Source: Toensbergia leucococca
Lineage: Eukaryota
Assembly: GCA_022813965.1 (NCBI GenBank)
Contig: JALDZS010000060.1
Location: 1-64,000 of the forward strand
Length of the DNA stretch: 64,000 bases
Direction of reading: 5' to 3'
Shown here: positions 26,013-39,058 of the stretch, piece by piece
Layout: each line of letters starts with the position of its first letter
How positions within the stretch are numbered: the first letter of the stretch is position 1
Notes under the pieces: generated by a model
Told to the model about the DNA's origin: nothing
Seen by the model: the letters and a program-made list of their open reading frames with translations, nothing else
Databases searched by the model: none
Program-made: the position numbers and the translations under genes

Positions 26013-26427
26013 TTGTTCACATTCTCAACTTCTTTTTGGTCTGTTCTCTTCCTCAGCATCATCCGTTAATCACTGCTCAGCAAACTTTCACTTCCGATGA
26101 ACAGCGAAGCATCGACAAACTCAAAGACAAACCTCGATTACATGACGAGTCACCGTGTTGAGGGGGATTCTATAAAGACACAAAGACACGCCTTTCCCAC
26201 AATCACCAAGCAACTCGAATTCTCTCAAATTCAAGCTACCTCCAATATTAAATTCTCAATTCTCATTTCTCACACAGATCTGATTGCCACAGCTGTGAAC
26301 ATCACCTTACTTTTACCTTTCCTTCTCGAAAGCAGATATCTTGCCTAAAGAAATGATTGTTCTCATTGTCAATTTCTTTTTGGTCTGTTCTCTTCTTCAG
26401 CGTCATTTGTCAATCACTGCTGAGCAA
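26013..26427 (+). repeat. 71-bp imperfect direct repeat (26013-26083 and 26357-26427)
   Basis: Manual alignment gives 9 mismatches, 6 of them transitions. Confidence 0.85.
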
Positions 26428-26674
26428 TTATCATGGCGGAAGCGTTATTTGCAATTGCTGATCGTGTATTACTGACATGATAACTTGCACACGCTACTCG
26501 GTATCTTGTATCTACAGCATCTGATCCCCGCCTACCCAGATGAAGTAGCTGACATTTTTCTTTATCAAACAAACCAACAGGCTCCAGACCGCCCCTGCTT
26601 ACAATCTTCAGCCTTCAGCTCTTTCCCTGCCGAACCGCTTCGTCTCGAACCGCTTTGTCTCAAATCTTCGAAAC

Positions 26675-27190
26675 ATGCCGAAGCTCCATCTCACCATCTC
26701 TACATCCCTGTGAGGGGTACTCACTGAGTGCTTCCGAGCGGCCACCCGCCTAGTCCGGTCTGACCGACGCCGTCAGCTAATTTTAATTGGTGATGCTGCC
26801 CTCATTGCCCACTCCTCGGTCTTCTGGACCGAGAACGTGAATGTTGCGGCTCCTCCTGCCTGTATAATTGGTACCTGAGAGGACTCCCAGAACGCTGCCC
26901 TTGGCTTTAGTCTTGAATCTGACGGTAAGATCGCGTTCAACGCTCTGCAGGTCTTCTGAACTCGGTTAGACGTCATTCGGATGGGCAGCGGATGCATTGA
27001 ACGGATCCACGAAGCGGAACCCTTTTATGAAGGACCCGTTGCGTCCATGTCAGATTTACTAAGGCTAAGGGCCCTGACGGTGATTGATCGTGGGACTGAT
27101 GGTGAGATGAGTCGGAGGTGGCGAAAGGGGTCAAGTTCTTCCCGGCTTGAATGATTCAAGAGGAGCTGGAGGCCGTGACCCAATCAATCT
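26675..27190 (+). pseudogene. Pseudogene of a putative nucleotidyltransferase-fold protein
   Basis: One frame with TGA at 26711, 26876 and 26957: ..QLILIGDAALIAHSSVFWTENVNVAA..VASMSDLLRLRALTVIDRG. Reverting G>A changes gives GGAA..TEDVDV. Confidence 0.55.
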
Positions 27191-28353
27191 AAGGAGTCAT
27201 CAACAATGCTGGCTAGGCTGACTACCAACTCAGACGAAGATACGCATCTATTTTGTCACAGACAGCGCAAAAGCAAAATCATAATTTTACTCAAATAATA
27301 TGAAGACTGTGACAGGTAAAGATATGTACCTGATGATCTCGGATATTAAAGAAGACATGAACTAGTGTCACTAAAGAATTCAAGGAGACATTGTTGGCAA
27401 TATATCAAATAAAGGATGCTTACGGCTCAATAATCAATGGAAAGAATGTCTCGTTCTTTCAAGAGTGATTCTACAAGGATGACAGACAGGATGCAGCAAT
27501 TGAAGCCCGTGAGCTGTTGGAGATGCATGAATAGAACTCTTTGAAAACAATCCGAGGCGCAAATCAAGACTTCTGCGCAGTGTGTGTGTAGGTGAATCAC
27601 TGTGCCCTGCACTTTCTGCTGCCTGCTCCTTGATTTCTGAATGCTTCCCTCCCATCTTTCTCTTCTCATCATCATCTGTGAGAAAGAACATGCGTTTTAA
27701 TAACGTCAGTATATTTCTGTGAACATGATTTAATCTATAATGCTGACTTGAATCATAGGCAGAAGACTCTGTTGAAACAGCTTTTATGTCAATTTTACGC
27801 TCATCTGTTTTGAAATCAATCACTTTAGGTACTGCTTAGTGTTCATACCTTTTCAGTCTAATTTTTTGCTCTTTTGAGACTGAGAATGTACTCAAGATAA
27901 TGCATGAGAAAAGTTAGAAAGATGAAAAGGAATGTTAGTTTTATATCACTTCTTATTAGCATCAATCAGGCCTTGCAAAGTCTTGTCAAGATACCTGAAT
28001 CCGATCCTGCTCTCAATACTCTTGAGCAGGTCTACACAATCACAAAGAATGAAGTTGCTAGTGTGATAAAGGTTATTCAAAAATATTCAGCGCTTTGAGA
28101 TAGATTCTTTAACTTGAGAAAAGATGAGCGACTCACATAAGATTGTGTTACAAGATTAATCAAGGCTGACTCCAATATTCTCAAGGATTTTTGTAACAAG
28201 ATTAGTAGCAACAGATACATAACTATATAAGCACATCAGTGAATTAGATAGTCAATTCCTACATATCCTCACCCCCCGTCTTCATAAATCCTCCCGCCCT
28301 TAACACTTTCACGTTCACCCAACCTTTTCAGAACGACCTCCCCACCTCTCAAC

Positions 28354-29080
28354 ATGCCTGTTCACCGCTCCCCACCTCTCAGGCCTATTCAACTCGACAT
28401 GAGTGAGGCGGGTCCAAGTAACCAGCAGCAGGACAGATGAGAATCAACTAGTCAACAAGTTGACTAAGGACTGAGAGAGCTTCCATCAAGTGAGGAAGTT
28501 GACAACCGTTCATAAAATAAGAAGAAGTACTTCAAGGCAAGTTATTTCAGAGATGCAGTAGTCATCCTCTTGCTGTTTCAGCGCTTGCAAGGCAAAGATG
28601 GTACAGTACCGGATTTCTGTCAAGATACCCTAGATGAGGTGGACCTGGAGGCAGCTCAATCACTTTATCGTCTTCTAAGTGATAACAAGAGAGAAGGATT
28701 TGGACGAGAAGTCAAAGACTACCTCAAACCCATTGAAGGAAAATTACATATTTCAAAGTCAGAAGTATTGTCTAACTTAGCTGGATCGATTTCGGAATGG
28801 TCCACAGACCGCTTCAACAAATGATCTGACATCAATCCGGTTTTCAGCATCAAGGTTACGACAATCTGTGCCTCCAGGCCCTACTATCAAGAATGTTTTG
28901 ATGGCTCAACGAGGAGCTGCGGGAAAAGCCCGAGCGGCTAATCGCCCGAATAAACGAAACTACGATGGAGACGAAGGCCGCCCAGACGAACTCCCTGGAC
29001 CTCGAAAGATCATAACTAGAGACTTCAATATGTATTTACTCTCACAGAGCTTATCTTCTTTGTATGATTCTGTTGAATAA
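28354..29080 (+). pseudogene. RIP-type pseudogene of unknown family
   Basis: ATG 28354 frame runs through TGA 28438, TAA 28465, TAA 28513 and TGA 28822, all explicable as C>T of CGA/CAA, with protein-like sequence between. Confidence 0.5.
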
Positions 29081-29998
29081 TTGTGTGAGTTATATTCTTC
29101 TTCAAATATCAGTCAAGGAGGTTTTATCTGTACTTGTTTAAGTATGAAATGACATTTTATTGACGTCAACTCAAAGTGACCGAAGCATTCTGTTTTTCTC
29201 ATGAGTCTTCATCGTTTTTGTTTTGCAAAAGCTCATGTGCTCATTGCACAGCAAACGGGTTTTCGGAATGATTAAAGAACTGAGAATAAAATTATTGTGA
29301 CTCTCCATGAGTTTCCTTTGAGGATTCTGTTGATAGCATCAGGTTCTGAGCGTCTTTTTAGTCATGACATAGATTAAGTAGGTAGTGAAAATCACCTGCG
29401 CACAGAATATTCGCGTTAAATATTCTTCCTAGAAAAACACCAAAACTAATGCAACCACTGGTCAAAACAATGAACAGAATAAATAAATTGGCAATGGTTG
29501 ATTACAACGCTGAGGAGAAAATTGCGGTGGGTTTTCAGGCATCATGGTAAATACATACTCTTGACTAAAAAGTATACGTTGAGATAAAGTAATGCTGAAT
29601 TGATGCTAAGACAGTGATTTGAATCTATAGGTACAAAAAGTCTTGACTTTGCAGCTCATCCAGCCTCGATGAATATACATTCAACTATGTAGGATTTGGT
29701 AAATTGGACTATACATACAGTCCTAGACTCCAGTAAAGGTGAGGCGTCTGTCGATCGGGAGTTCTATGCCATAGAGATCAAACAACCAGAGATGTTGCTC
29801 AAGCTGAGTCTGACCCAGAGTGGAAATACCCAAAACGCCAGGCTATGCAGTGAATGATGATATGCAGGAGGTCAATGGTACCGGAAGGCCTGCGTGCGAT
29901 GTTATGAGGTTCCAGGTCTATGCGAAGACGGATAATTGTGTCCAAATCGGCAGAGAGTCCTCTGCAGTACGAAACAAGGTAGCCCCACGTATTGAGTG

Positions 29999-30475
29999 TC
30001 ACCGATCCTTGAACACCTTCGGCTTCCACCCTTCCTTCAGCTCAGCCTCCCTCTCCACGGTTTGCGCTGCTTCCCTAACCTCCAGCTCTATCCTTTCCCG
30101 TGCCCGCAGCACTTTGCTCTGCAGGTAGAAACTACCCCCATTGCTCGGTTCGTTCGAATCAAATAGCCTCTTGAATCTTTCCATCACGTCCTCCATATTC
30201 GCCTTGCCTCCTTGCGGTGGTTTGACATTTAATATTTTGCATGCTTCGTCGAGGGTCAGGCCGGAAGAGGTGAAGTTGTTGGCGGCGCCAGGATTGCTCT
30301 TCGCGGCTTGCTGAGCGTATTTCTGGGATGCGGATGCTTGTCGGTATGCTTCTGCGAATGCGCGGCCTAGGACTCGTGAGCCGGTGATGACGACTTGGGT
30401 TATGATGCGGTGCGCCTGATTGATGTTAGCCTAGATTCATAGGCGACGTTGAGAAATGGAAATGTCACTCACCAT
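29999..30475 (-). CDS. PAM16: Mitochondrial import motor subunit Pam16/Tim16
   Basis: ATG-only first coding exon (30475-30473), intron 30472-30416, then AHRIITQVV..GRAFAEAYRQA..LTLDEACKILNV..GGSFYLQSKV. Confidence 0.95.
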
Positions 30476-30832
30476 ATATAACAGGCCGGGTCACTCAGTC
30501 CGAGGGTGGCATGAAGTTGGGAGAAGCAATTCAGTAGGTCGTTCTTGTGGTGTGCGGCGACTGCAAAGAATCCGAAATTTGATGGTAAAGTTTAGCCGAG
30601 AGGTCGCTTAGAGCTGCCCTTGTACATATTCCTACGGACGAGGGGGGGGAGTATCTGTACTCGGTACTCTCAACCGGTTTTCACATGCACAACAGGACCT
30701 AGTACGGATGTGGAGGGAGGAAGGGCACACAAGAATCCTACTCACAACTCCGTCCATCTGCTTACACAACTCAACCCTGTAATTTGAAGATGAATGCCTA
30801 CACTCTCACATACTTGACCTCCGAGTCATTGT

Positions 30833-32565
30833 ATGGCTGCTTTTGGTACGCAAAGCAGCTACTTCTATTAGCCATCCTTTACTATTGTTGATGATTCCAC
30901 TTCACAGATACACCTTGGACAACGGCCATGGCCCCCTCACGAGCCATGAATGGCTTTCCCAGCCCCAACTCAACCCAGGATCCAAGCCCTCCAACCGTAG
31001 CCTCCTTCTCTCCTGCTTCATCAAATACATCTACCGCCAAAAGACAACGATCTGCCTCAACCATACTGGTTCGCCAGAAATCTCCCTTGCTTATTGCAAC
31101 TCCCCCTCAGGTTACTCGAACCTTAGCATTCTCACATCCTTTCATTTTACCACTCAACAAAGTGGTGGGTCTAGTTACATGGACCTCCGGAGATCCATGG
31201 CAGAGCTTCCTCCTCGTGGCCACTTTCTGGGCGACGGCGCTCTATGGGGACGTCATAATTCAGTGCATCGGGCCAGTCATGGTGGTAGTAGGCCTGATAG
31301 CGGGCATGTACCTTAGAAGATATTCTCCCCTCTCATCGACGGGCTGGACAGGAGAAAAACAGAAGAGCCACAAGAGGGAACCGTCAGAAGGTAGCATGAG
31401 ACATCAGAAAAGTCTGGATGAGATTGTCTCCACCTTGACTGTCTTTACTTCACGATGTAATGTCCTGCTAGAGCCTTTACTGCAGTTGACAGATTTTCTT
31501 TCAACCCAGCAGACGGCAACCTCAGCTACTACAAGACCCGCTCTTACTACACTGTTCATACGCATCCTTTTGATTACCCCCGTATGGGTTGTTCTTTCTC
31601 TTCCTCCCTTGTATATCATCACATCACGGCGTGTTATCTTGGCATTTGGCACCTTACTACTGAGCTGGCACTCTCGGCCAGCTCGAGTTTGTCGTACCAT
31701 TCTATGGCGGTCTCTTACAGTCCGTAACATTGTCTCGGCAGTGACTGGACTTACTTTCACTGACGCTCCACCGCCTGTACCAACTCGCAAGTGTGCGCCT
31801 CCACCGCTCCCACCTCGAAGTAAGAATCGACAGGACATGACCACATCATCTGCCGCTGGAAGTATGGGAGAATCTTCTGGTGTACGTTTTACATTTGTTG
31901 TGTTTGAGAATCAACGGCGTTGGCTAGGCTTAGGCTGGACTCCCAATATGTTGGCTTACGAAAGATCATCATGGACAGATGAGCAATTGAACCAATCGCG
32001 CGACAAAGACAAATTTGAACTGCCAGAGGTTGAGGGTGAGGATGCTGGATGGCGCTGGGTGAATGGTAGTGAATGGCAAGTGGAAGCAGCTGGGAAAGGC
32101 AATAGCGGAGATGGATGGATATATTATGACAACAAAGTAAGCAAGTGATCGAATTGTGTTAATACGTCATTTCTTCTGACCTGAGATCTGTAGTGGAATG
32201 ATGGTCGTCGTGATCAAGATGGCTGGGGTCGCTATACACGACGACGGAAATGGTACCGAGATGCTGAACTGGTTGAATTGAGTGCAGACGACATGAAAAG
32301 CGATTCTGGATCTCACAATACCGAGATTGACGAATCTGCTCTAATCCCGGCAGATGCCCCTCCTGACTATTCTCAGGCCATCAAAGATACCGATGCTGCA
32401 AGTAGCAATAAATCATCGAAAAAAGGCTTTCTCCGAAGCAGTAGCAACTCGGGCAGAATCACTCTCAGCAGCGACGATGAATCAATTCTTCATCCATTGC
32501 CATCACATGAAGAGCGAAATGAAGACTGGGGCATTGGCGATGACCTCAAGATGGGTCTGGGCTGA
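30833..32565 (+). CDS. Pex23/Pex30-family peroxin (reticulon-like + DysF domain)
   Basis: MAAF/DTPW (intron 30846-30907), hydrophobic hairpins, RFTFVVFENQRRWLGLGW, WRWV..W, GWIYYDNK/W (intron 32137-32193), YTRRRKWYRDAEL. Confidence 0.9.
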
Positions 32566-33206
32566 ACTAGACGTTTCGAACTGAAGAAACAAAGTTATTG
32601 TGTCATGGAAACTTCATGATTTCAATAACTCTGCTTATCAATTCTCCCATGTTCTGCAGAGGCTTCTTTCCTCAAGACTAAGCATTGTGACTGGTCAAAG
32701 CGAATCTCCCCAGAGGTCAGTACTTGCCTTGCAACTTCAAGGAATCTAGGATGCTGTTATTGGACTACTGAATGCACTTCATGTTGAAGCCTGACAGCTT
32801 CAATTTCGGAGCGTTTTGAGGCAGTGTAAAAGGGTCAGAAAACGAAATGACTCTAATGGAATGCGTCTGGGATTTGACATCAGAAAGAAGATGATCACGG
32901 GCATAAGTTCAACAGAGATGCTTGGTTTTTATGAATGAAGATGAAATCTCTGACAAATCCTAACGAGTCGTTGCGTGAATTGATGAAGCTGGAATTGATG
33001 ACTCCTCAACACCTGCTTGATATTTGTCCGGAAGCATCAAGCATGAAGAATGCAGGATTTGAACAACACTATCATGACCGTTGACACAGCTACATAAATA
33101 TTCAGAAGCATATATGTCGAACCGAGATTTTTAAAAAAGTACATCTCTATTGCAAGGCAATAGCACATTGACAGACCATCTCGAACCGTGCAAAGAGCAA
33201 GATACA

Positions 33207-33692
33207 ATGGCTAAATCAGCCCAGAAAGATAATCTCGATCTTCAACAAGAGCAGTATCGACCGAACCAAGCTATCAAACAAGTCCACTCCGATACCCAGA
33301 ATTTCCCAGAAGCGCAACCCGATACCATCGAAGCTGCAGCCCAACCCGACAGCAAGAAACCATCCGCGCTGAGCCCTCTTGCCCCCGAATTCCAGCCAAT
33401 CAAGCAGACAAAGACTCTCCGACGGAAGAAACGCTCGAAACGGAAGTCGGCACGGGAGCGCCAGGAGCGAGAACTTCAAAATCGAGAGCTTCAAAATAAA
33501 GAGCTTCGACAGCGAGAGCCACAATCACTACGAGCCACAATCACTACGAGCCACAAAATCCCCAATACCGCTGGCCCATCACACGGCCACCCCTCCAAAC
33601 TTTCCTCTCCGAAGTCTCAATTCCAACCCCGCTCGCATCCGATTCCGCAACTCAAGAACCTCCTCGTCGCGCCTCGCGTTGAATGTATTTAG
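33207..33692 (+). CDS. Hypothetical protein
   Basis: ORF with a basic NLS-like stretch (RRKKRSKRK), LSPLAPEFQP (PAM2-like motif) and ELQN repeats. Confidence 0.35.
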   Translation: MAKSAQKDNLDLQQEQYRPNQAIKQVHSDTQNFPEAQPDTIEAAAQPDSKKPSALSPLAPEFQPIKQTKTLRRKKRSKRKSARERQERELQNRELQNKELRQREPQSLRATITTSHKIPNTAGPSHGHPSKLSSPKSQFQPRSHPIPQLKNLLVAPRVECI

Positions 33693-36272
33693 CCTTTGTA
33701 CGAAAATTGCTATGGGTTAAGGCCCGTTGCTGTCTGTAGGAAGCTGGATTGAGTGGTGGGGGGTTGTTGTATTGGAGTTTGTGAGGTATTGTTTTTAGGG
33801 GGGAGGGGGGGGATGTATTTTAAGGTCTTGCAACAGATGCTGTGATTTTTATCCAATTTTCTTGGGATTTTTTGTGACTGGGATGGTATATTTCCACCTG
33901 TTGTGTCTCTTTGATATCGGTCTCCATCTTGCTTTTCGTGGAGGAAAGAAAGAAAGAAAGAAAGGAACAGCCCACTTGGATGCCTAAACCGAACTGACAA
34001 CCATGAAGACAACAGAACTTACTTACTCCCTTCCTTGCTCTTGTCACTGCCCTCTGATCAAATCTATGCACACCAACGCAAAAATGTGGTTGTGGTAGAC
34101 ATATCATCACTTCTGCTTCCTATCTATCACGCCTCTTCAAGGACAATGATATTCCATCTCTCCCATCCTAGCTGCCCAGCGTATCAATAAGTGTGGACAA
34201 CTAACATACCTTACCACCAGGAAGATGTATACACACCCCTCCATCTCTCTCTCTCCCTAGAGATCTTCCACTACAAACTCAAGAAATATATATTCGTCCT
34301 CCTGAGCACATCCTCGAAAGTCCCGACGAACTTTTCCTAACTTACTAAATAAAAACTCTACCATCTACAACCCCCAAGGGGATTGAACAAAATTCCAAGT
34401 CACAGTCCCGACTGACTCTCATAAATTACTAGACTTCTACTATTTCTACTACACCAAAGGGATGAACAAAATCCCACCGAAGCACTGTCTCCTTTTCCAA
34501 AGCATTTTCCACATACAGCTTTCAAATCTTCACCCCGGCTCTCACACACACCACTTCACCGCGGCCCACAACACCGATACCGAAAACCAACTCGGCTCTT
34601 CTGACCACAGAATGTCCGCGCCAAATGAAGACGTCGGTTCCGATCGAGCGAGCCTCCTCCTCCCAGCAACCACAACAATAGCAACAGTAACAAGAACCAC
34701 AACAGCAGCAACAGCAGCATCAGCAGCAGCAGCATCAGCCCACTCACCAAACCCCCTCTCCCAACTCCCACTAACCCCTCTCCCCCCTCCCCCAACCCAC
34801 CCCCACATCTCCCCCTCCTCCCTCCCCCACCAAACCGCCCAACTCCCCCACAACCTCCACACCCCAACCGCCCGCCTCTCAGCCGCCAAAGCCGAAAAGT
34901 CCGCACAACACTCCGCTCCCAAGCCGCCGTGCTGGAACAACACTTTACGGAACAAGACCTGGCGCTGGATGCCTTGACTGCGGAGATTGACATGTTGGAG
35001 CGTCGGTGGGACGCGGTGGTTGAGGCGGCGGGGAGGGATGGGGGAGGTGGTGTTTAGGGGTGCTGCGGAGGGGAGAGGGGAGGGGGCGGGGGCTGGGGGG
35101 GAGTGTGAGGAGTGGGTTTGAGCTTCTCTGTCATGCTTCGCTTGGGTACGCGGTTTTTTATTGTTTGGACGGGGCAGACCGTGACGCGAAGGGTTCATTC
35201 ACGGTGGTTTCTTGTGGACGCGTTTTCGGGGTGATCGCCTGGGGAGTGATGAGGGGGGGGTTTTGAGGGGTTGGATCATGGTGGATTGGGGAGGAGGAGT
35301 GTTTGGTTTTCTTTTCTGGTGCTGTGTCTGTGGAGGTCTGTGAGGGGTGGATTGGGTATCTGAGGCTGAATGTGCGGTGGTAGCCTCTAGACCTTGAGCC
35401 TATTGGGAGTGTACCTAATAGTTACTTTTCTCTGCATGCATGCATGCATATCGACAGTTCGAGCTTTGATCCTACTAATCCTCTCCTCTACTCCTGACTC
35501 GTGCCGTGCTTCTAATCCGCACTCAAAGTATACGTTTCTCCTTGAGTCATTGTTTTTTTTTCGCGTGAAGAACGCCTCGCTTCACTTCGCTTCGGTCGGG
35601 CCTCCTGGATTGCTGATAACTCCCCTAACAACACACACACCATTACTTTTTCAACAAACACATCCACACTTGTCATCCAAACCCACATCCAACATGGAAG
35701 ACTGGCAGTGAGTGTACACGTACCCCCCAAAATAGCTAAGCAAGTGATACCTTTCCCCCCCTTTTTCCAATTCTCTAACACAGACCTAGCAGGAGCTGAG
35801 ATTGTGCAATGGGTAAGGTGTTTTCGATCACCAAAAATAACAGAACGAGTGACACCCTTTTTCTTTCTTCAGGATATATCTTGAGGGCTTTCTTCATCTC
35901 TCCTTGTGTCCCTTCTCTCCCATAAAGGAGAAGAACGCAACAGCACATCAACAAACAGAGACAGACATTTCGATCACCAACCAAGGCCACAGACGCACAG
36001 GAGAGGAAGTTCGAAAAGGGTCTAGGTCTTTCAGCAAGAGGGAAAGTTGACAGTGTACGAAGGGTCATTTGCCATTGCGGAAGAAGACAAAGAAGGGGGA
36101 AAACGGGACTTTCTTTTCAAGAGGTGAGTTGGGGCGTTTATGTACTTTCTCCTTTTCACTGACTCACATTTTGCCCTCCATACACTCCCACAAACACTCA
36201 TACTCTCTCTTCTTTCCCACCCCATCTACCCCTTTTCAGCCGAATCAAACAGAAAACAGGAACAAGAAGACC

Positions 36273-36319
36273 AAGAAGAAGAAGAAGAAGAAGAAGAAGA
36301 AGAAGAAGAAGAAGAAGAA
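36273..36319. repeat. (GAA)n microsatellite
   Basis: About 15 perfect units. Confidence 0.95.
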
Positions 36320-36392
36320 AAAACTGACATGGTAGAGAAGAAGGAATAGAAGAAAATAACATACTAATCACCCTGCTCCAGACACCGCAACC

Positions 36393-37379
36393 ATGACGCC
36401 TTCTCAAACCCCAAACATGCAACCCTTCAGAGCCCCAAATATACCACCATCCGCACCGGCAGCTATGCGATCGTCGAGATTCTCAACTATTCCGCCATCC
36501 GGACCAGCAGCTACGCAACCATTCAGACAGACCACTGTCCCACCGTTCAGACAGACTACTGTACCATCATCCAGGCCAGTAGCTATGCCATTTTTCAGAG
36601 AGCCTTCTATGCAATCCTTCGCTCCAGTAACCATCCCACCTCCAAGTCCAGCAGCCATGCAACCCATCCGAGCCTATCCTCACCCCATCCCCTTACCCTC
36701 ACAGCCGGGTCTGACATACCAATACCTGCATCCCTGCGGCCACATCGAAATTGTCACCCGTTTCCCCTGTTTCAATCCACCCTCAAACGCCTACAATAGT
36801 CTGTACTATTACCCCGCGCCTTTCACGAACCAACTACCCTCCCCCCTGGCCCACACCTTCTATCCCCCTCCAGACCCACCACGCATCTGTTCCACCTGCC
36901 CCTTGACGGACCTAGACGAACAATTCGAAGAAATACGCCACGAGAGCTATCTGCGCTGGCTAGCAGAGGGCCAAGCATGTGGGGCACTACCACCAACGGA
37001 GACGCAGGAATACTTTGAAGCACGTATGAACCGAGATTTGGAGGCTTGGAAAGGGGTAGTTAGTCAGGGAACTGTGGTTGCGGATCTAGTTAGAAAGATT
37101 GAAGAGACTGGAGGGTGGAAAGATTTAAGGGGGCCGCTAACAGCGGGCTGGCATGAGGATTTGACAAGGATTAAGGGGAAAGGGGGGTTGGGGAAGCAGC
37201 CTGTAGCAGAGGGTGCGAGATTGAGGGGTGAGACGGGGGTGCATGGCGAGTTTGTGCCTGGGGAGCATTGGGTGCCAGATCGTTGGTCGAGGAGGGAGAA
37301 GGCGAGGGCGAGAGCGGGGGTTGGGGGGCTGAGTGTTGTTAGGGAAGAAGAAGGGGGAGAGGGGGGGGAAGCGGAGTGA
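36393..37379 (+). CDS. Hypothetical Pro-rich protein
   Basis: 328-aa ORF with QPFR/TxPP repeats and an HPCGH..C..CSTC Cys/His cluster. Confidence 0.55.
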   Translation: MTPSQTPNMQPFRAPNIPPSAPAAMRSSRFSTIPPSGPAATQPFRQTTVPPFRQTTVPSSRPVAMPFFREPSMQSFAPVTIPPPSPAAMQPIRAYPHPIPLPSQPGLTYQYLHPCGHIEIVTRFPCFNPPSNAYNSLYYYPAPFTNQLPSPLAHTFYPPPDPPRICSTCPLTDLDEQFEEIRHESYLRWLAEGQACGALPPTETQEYFEARMNRDLEAWKGVVSQGTVVADLVRKIEETGGWKDLRGPLTAGWHEDLTRIKGKGGLGKQPVAEGARLRGETGVHGEFVPGEHWVPDRWSRREKARARAGVGGLSVVREEEGGEGGEAE

Positions 37380-38199
37380 GTCGAGTGGATTCTGATTGGA
37401 GCGAATGATGCGAGGTGAGAATTATGAGTGCATGTATTGCGAGGGCTGTGGAGGTTTGATGTGAGATCTGAGGAGTTTTTTGTTGCGTGCAGATTATGGT
37501 GTTGAGGGGTGCGGCGGTAATGTACATCTGGGAGTGGGCTGTTAAACTTTGCGTTCAAGGGGAGGTTGTTGGATCGAGCTAGGTACTTGCACAGAGTGTT
37601 AAACCAACTTCGGACCACGTTTTCCTCTAAGAAGCTGCTGTAGTACACTCACTTTAAACAACCTTTCGATGTCATCTTGCAACTAGCCGAGGTGCTCGAC
37701 GAAGATCCTCCACTCTCGGACTTTTGTTCTCTGGCGAGATTATCAAAAGTGTGCATGAAACGGTAGTTGAGATATTTGCGTGCTAAGGGCCGAGGTGTCC
37801 TCTAAGAATGTCATGTAGAAGGTCAAGGGAGAACGATGTAGTAAATGAGATAGCATTCGAGTCCTAGGCACATTTGGAGCACTTTGAGGGGCTGAGTAAC
37901 AAGGACCAGACTTTTTAATCTTGATATTTAGAAGAGCTTGAGGAAATGAAGCTTTGTTTCATTTTGAGAAGATATGGTCTTCATACAAAGCCGCTTAATA
38001 TGGAGCTTCGAATTCGGGGAGAATGTGCTAGGCTAAAGTCAATAAGACCATCGATCGTTCTTCATGAACTATCTCATGACTCTGCGTCAAGAACCTTCAT
38101 CAGTGAGTAAAGTTTAGTTCATTTTGGGAGACATTTGCTCTTGAGTCTATTCTTGCAGTCCTTCTATTGATTTACATCTCGTGATATAACCGCATAACA

Positions 38200-39058
38200 T
38201 CAATCTATGCCTTGAGTAATTGCAAGCTGGTCATGCTCGTCGATGTCACTATGCATGTCAGCTTGCAACAGAACAGGAAGTAATTGAAAATAGGTATGTA
38301 CGTGGCTTCCCAGGGATAACATATCCAAACATCCGATACAGTTTTTGCTGCCAAGTACCGGTTTTCTTGCATCATATCTTCCGGTAGATGACCTTTCTTA
38401 GGCTTGTCTTTGTTCTATACGGACCAATCAGTACGCACAACAATTCCAGAAAGCTTAGCAGAAAGCTTAGCCCTGTCAACGTACATGTAGAACGAATATG
38501 CTGAATGTTGCTTTACCTGCCTCCCGTCCAAGCTTGGTTCTAGCTTCCTCGACATCCTTTTCGAGCTCCCTGACAGCATATTCTAGCGTTGTTCTCGTAT
38601 CATCAACTTCATCGACAATAAGGATGTTTTTTCCGACCAAATTTGACATCTCAAGGGAGCTAAGATCCAGCCATTGTGTGCGATGAACCTTGGTACCAGG
38701 CTCTTCAACTGGTCCATCTTTGCCCAAATTCTCGTAGAGTGAGAGGCCGATGGCTTGTATTGGGATGTTTGCAGAACCCTGGCGTTTGAGAAAGGATCTA
38801 GTTGTTGCTCAGCAAGAGTAGGTCAAAGTTTCCATCTCCGTATCTCTACCGTAGTATTCGGGCAGGAACATAGCCACCGCCTCCTATGGCGACCATCAAA
38901 TTCGGTTGGAAGTCATTGAGTATACGATCTGCAGATGCCTGGCACAGCTTATGTACCTATTTCGTCTCGCCAGTCAAAAGTACATTCAATAACTTTGGCA
39001 GGAGGTGTAAGTTTCAGTCTTGTACCTGGTTGTAGCTCAAATAGACCTTCTGCACCAT
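38200..39058 (-). CDS. XPT1: Xanthine/hypoxanthine-guanine phosphoribosyltransferase
   Basis: MVQKVYLSYNQ/VHKLCQ, AIGGGGYVPARILR, PRPP loop ILIVDEVDDTRTTL, WICYPWEA. Four GT-AG introns. Confidence 0.93.

Noticed and set aside
36069..36422. Poly-K/poly-E/poly-L ORFs
   Set aside because: Translation artefacts of the (GAA)n microsatellite.
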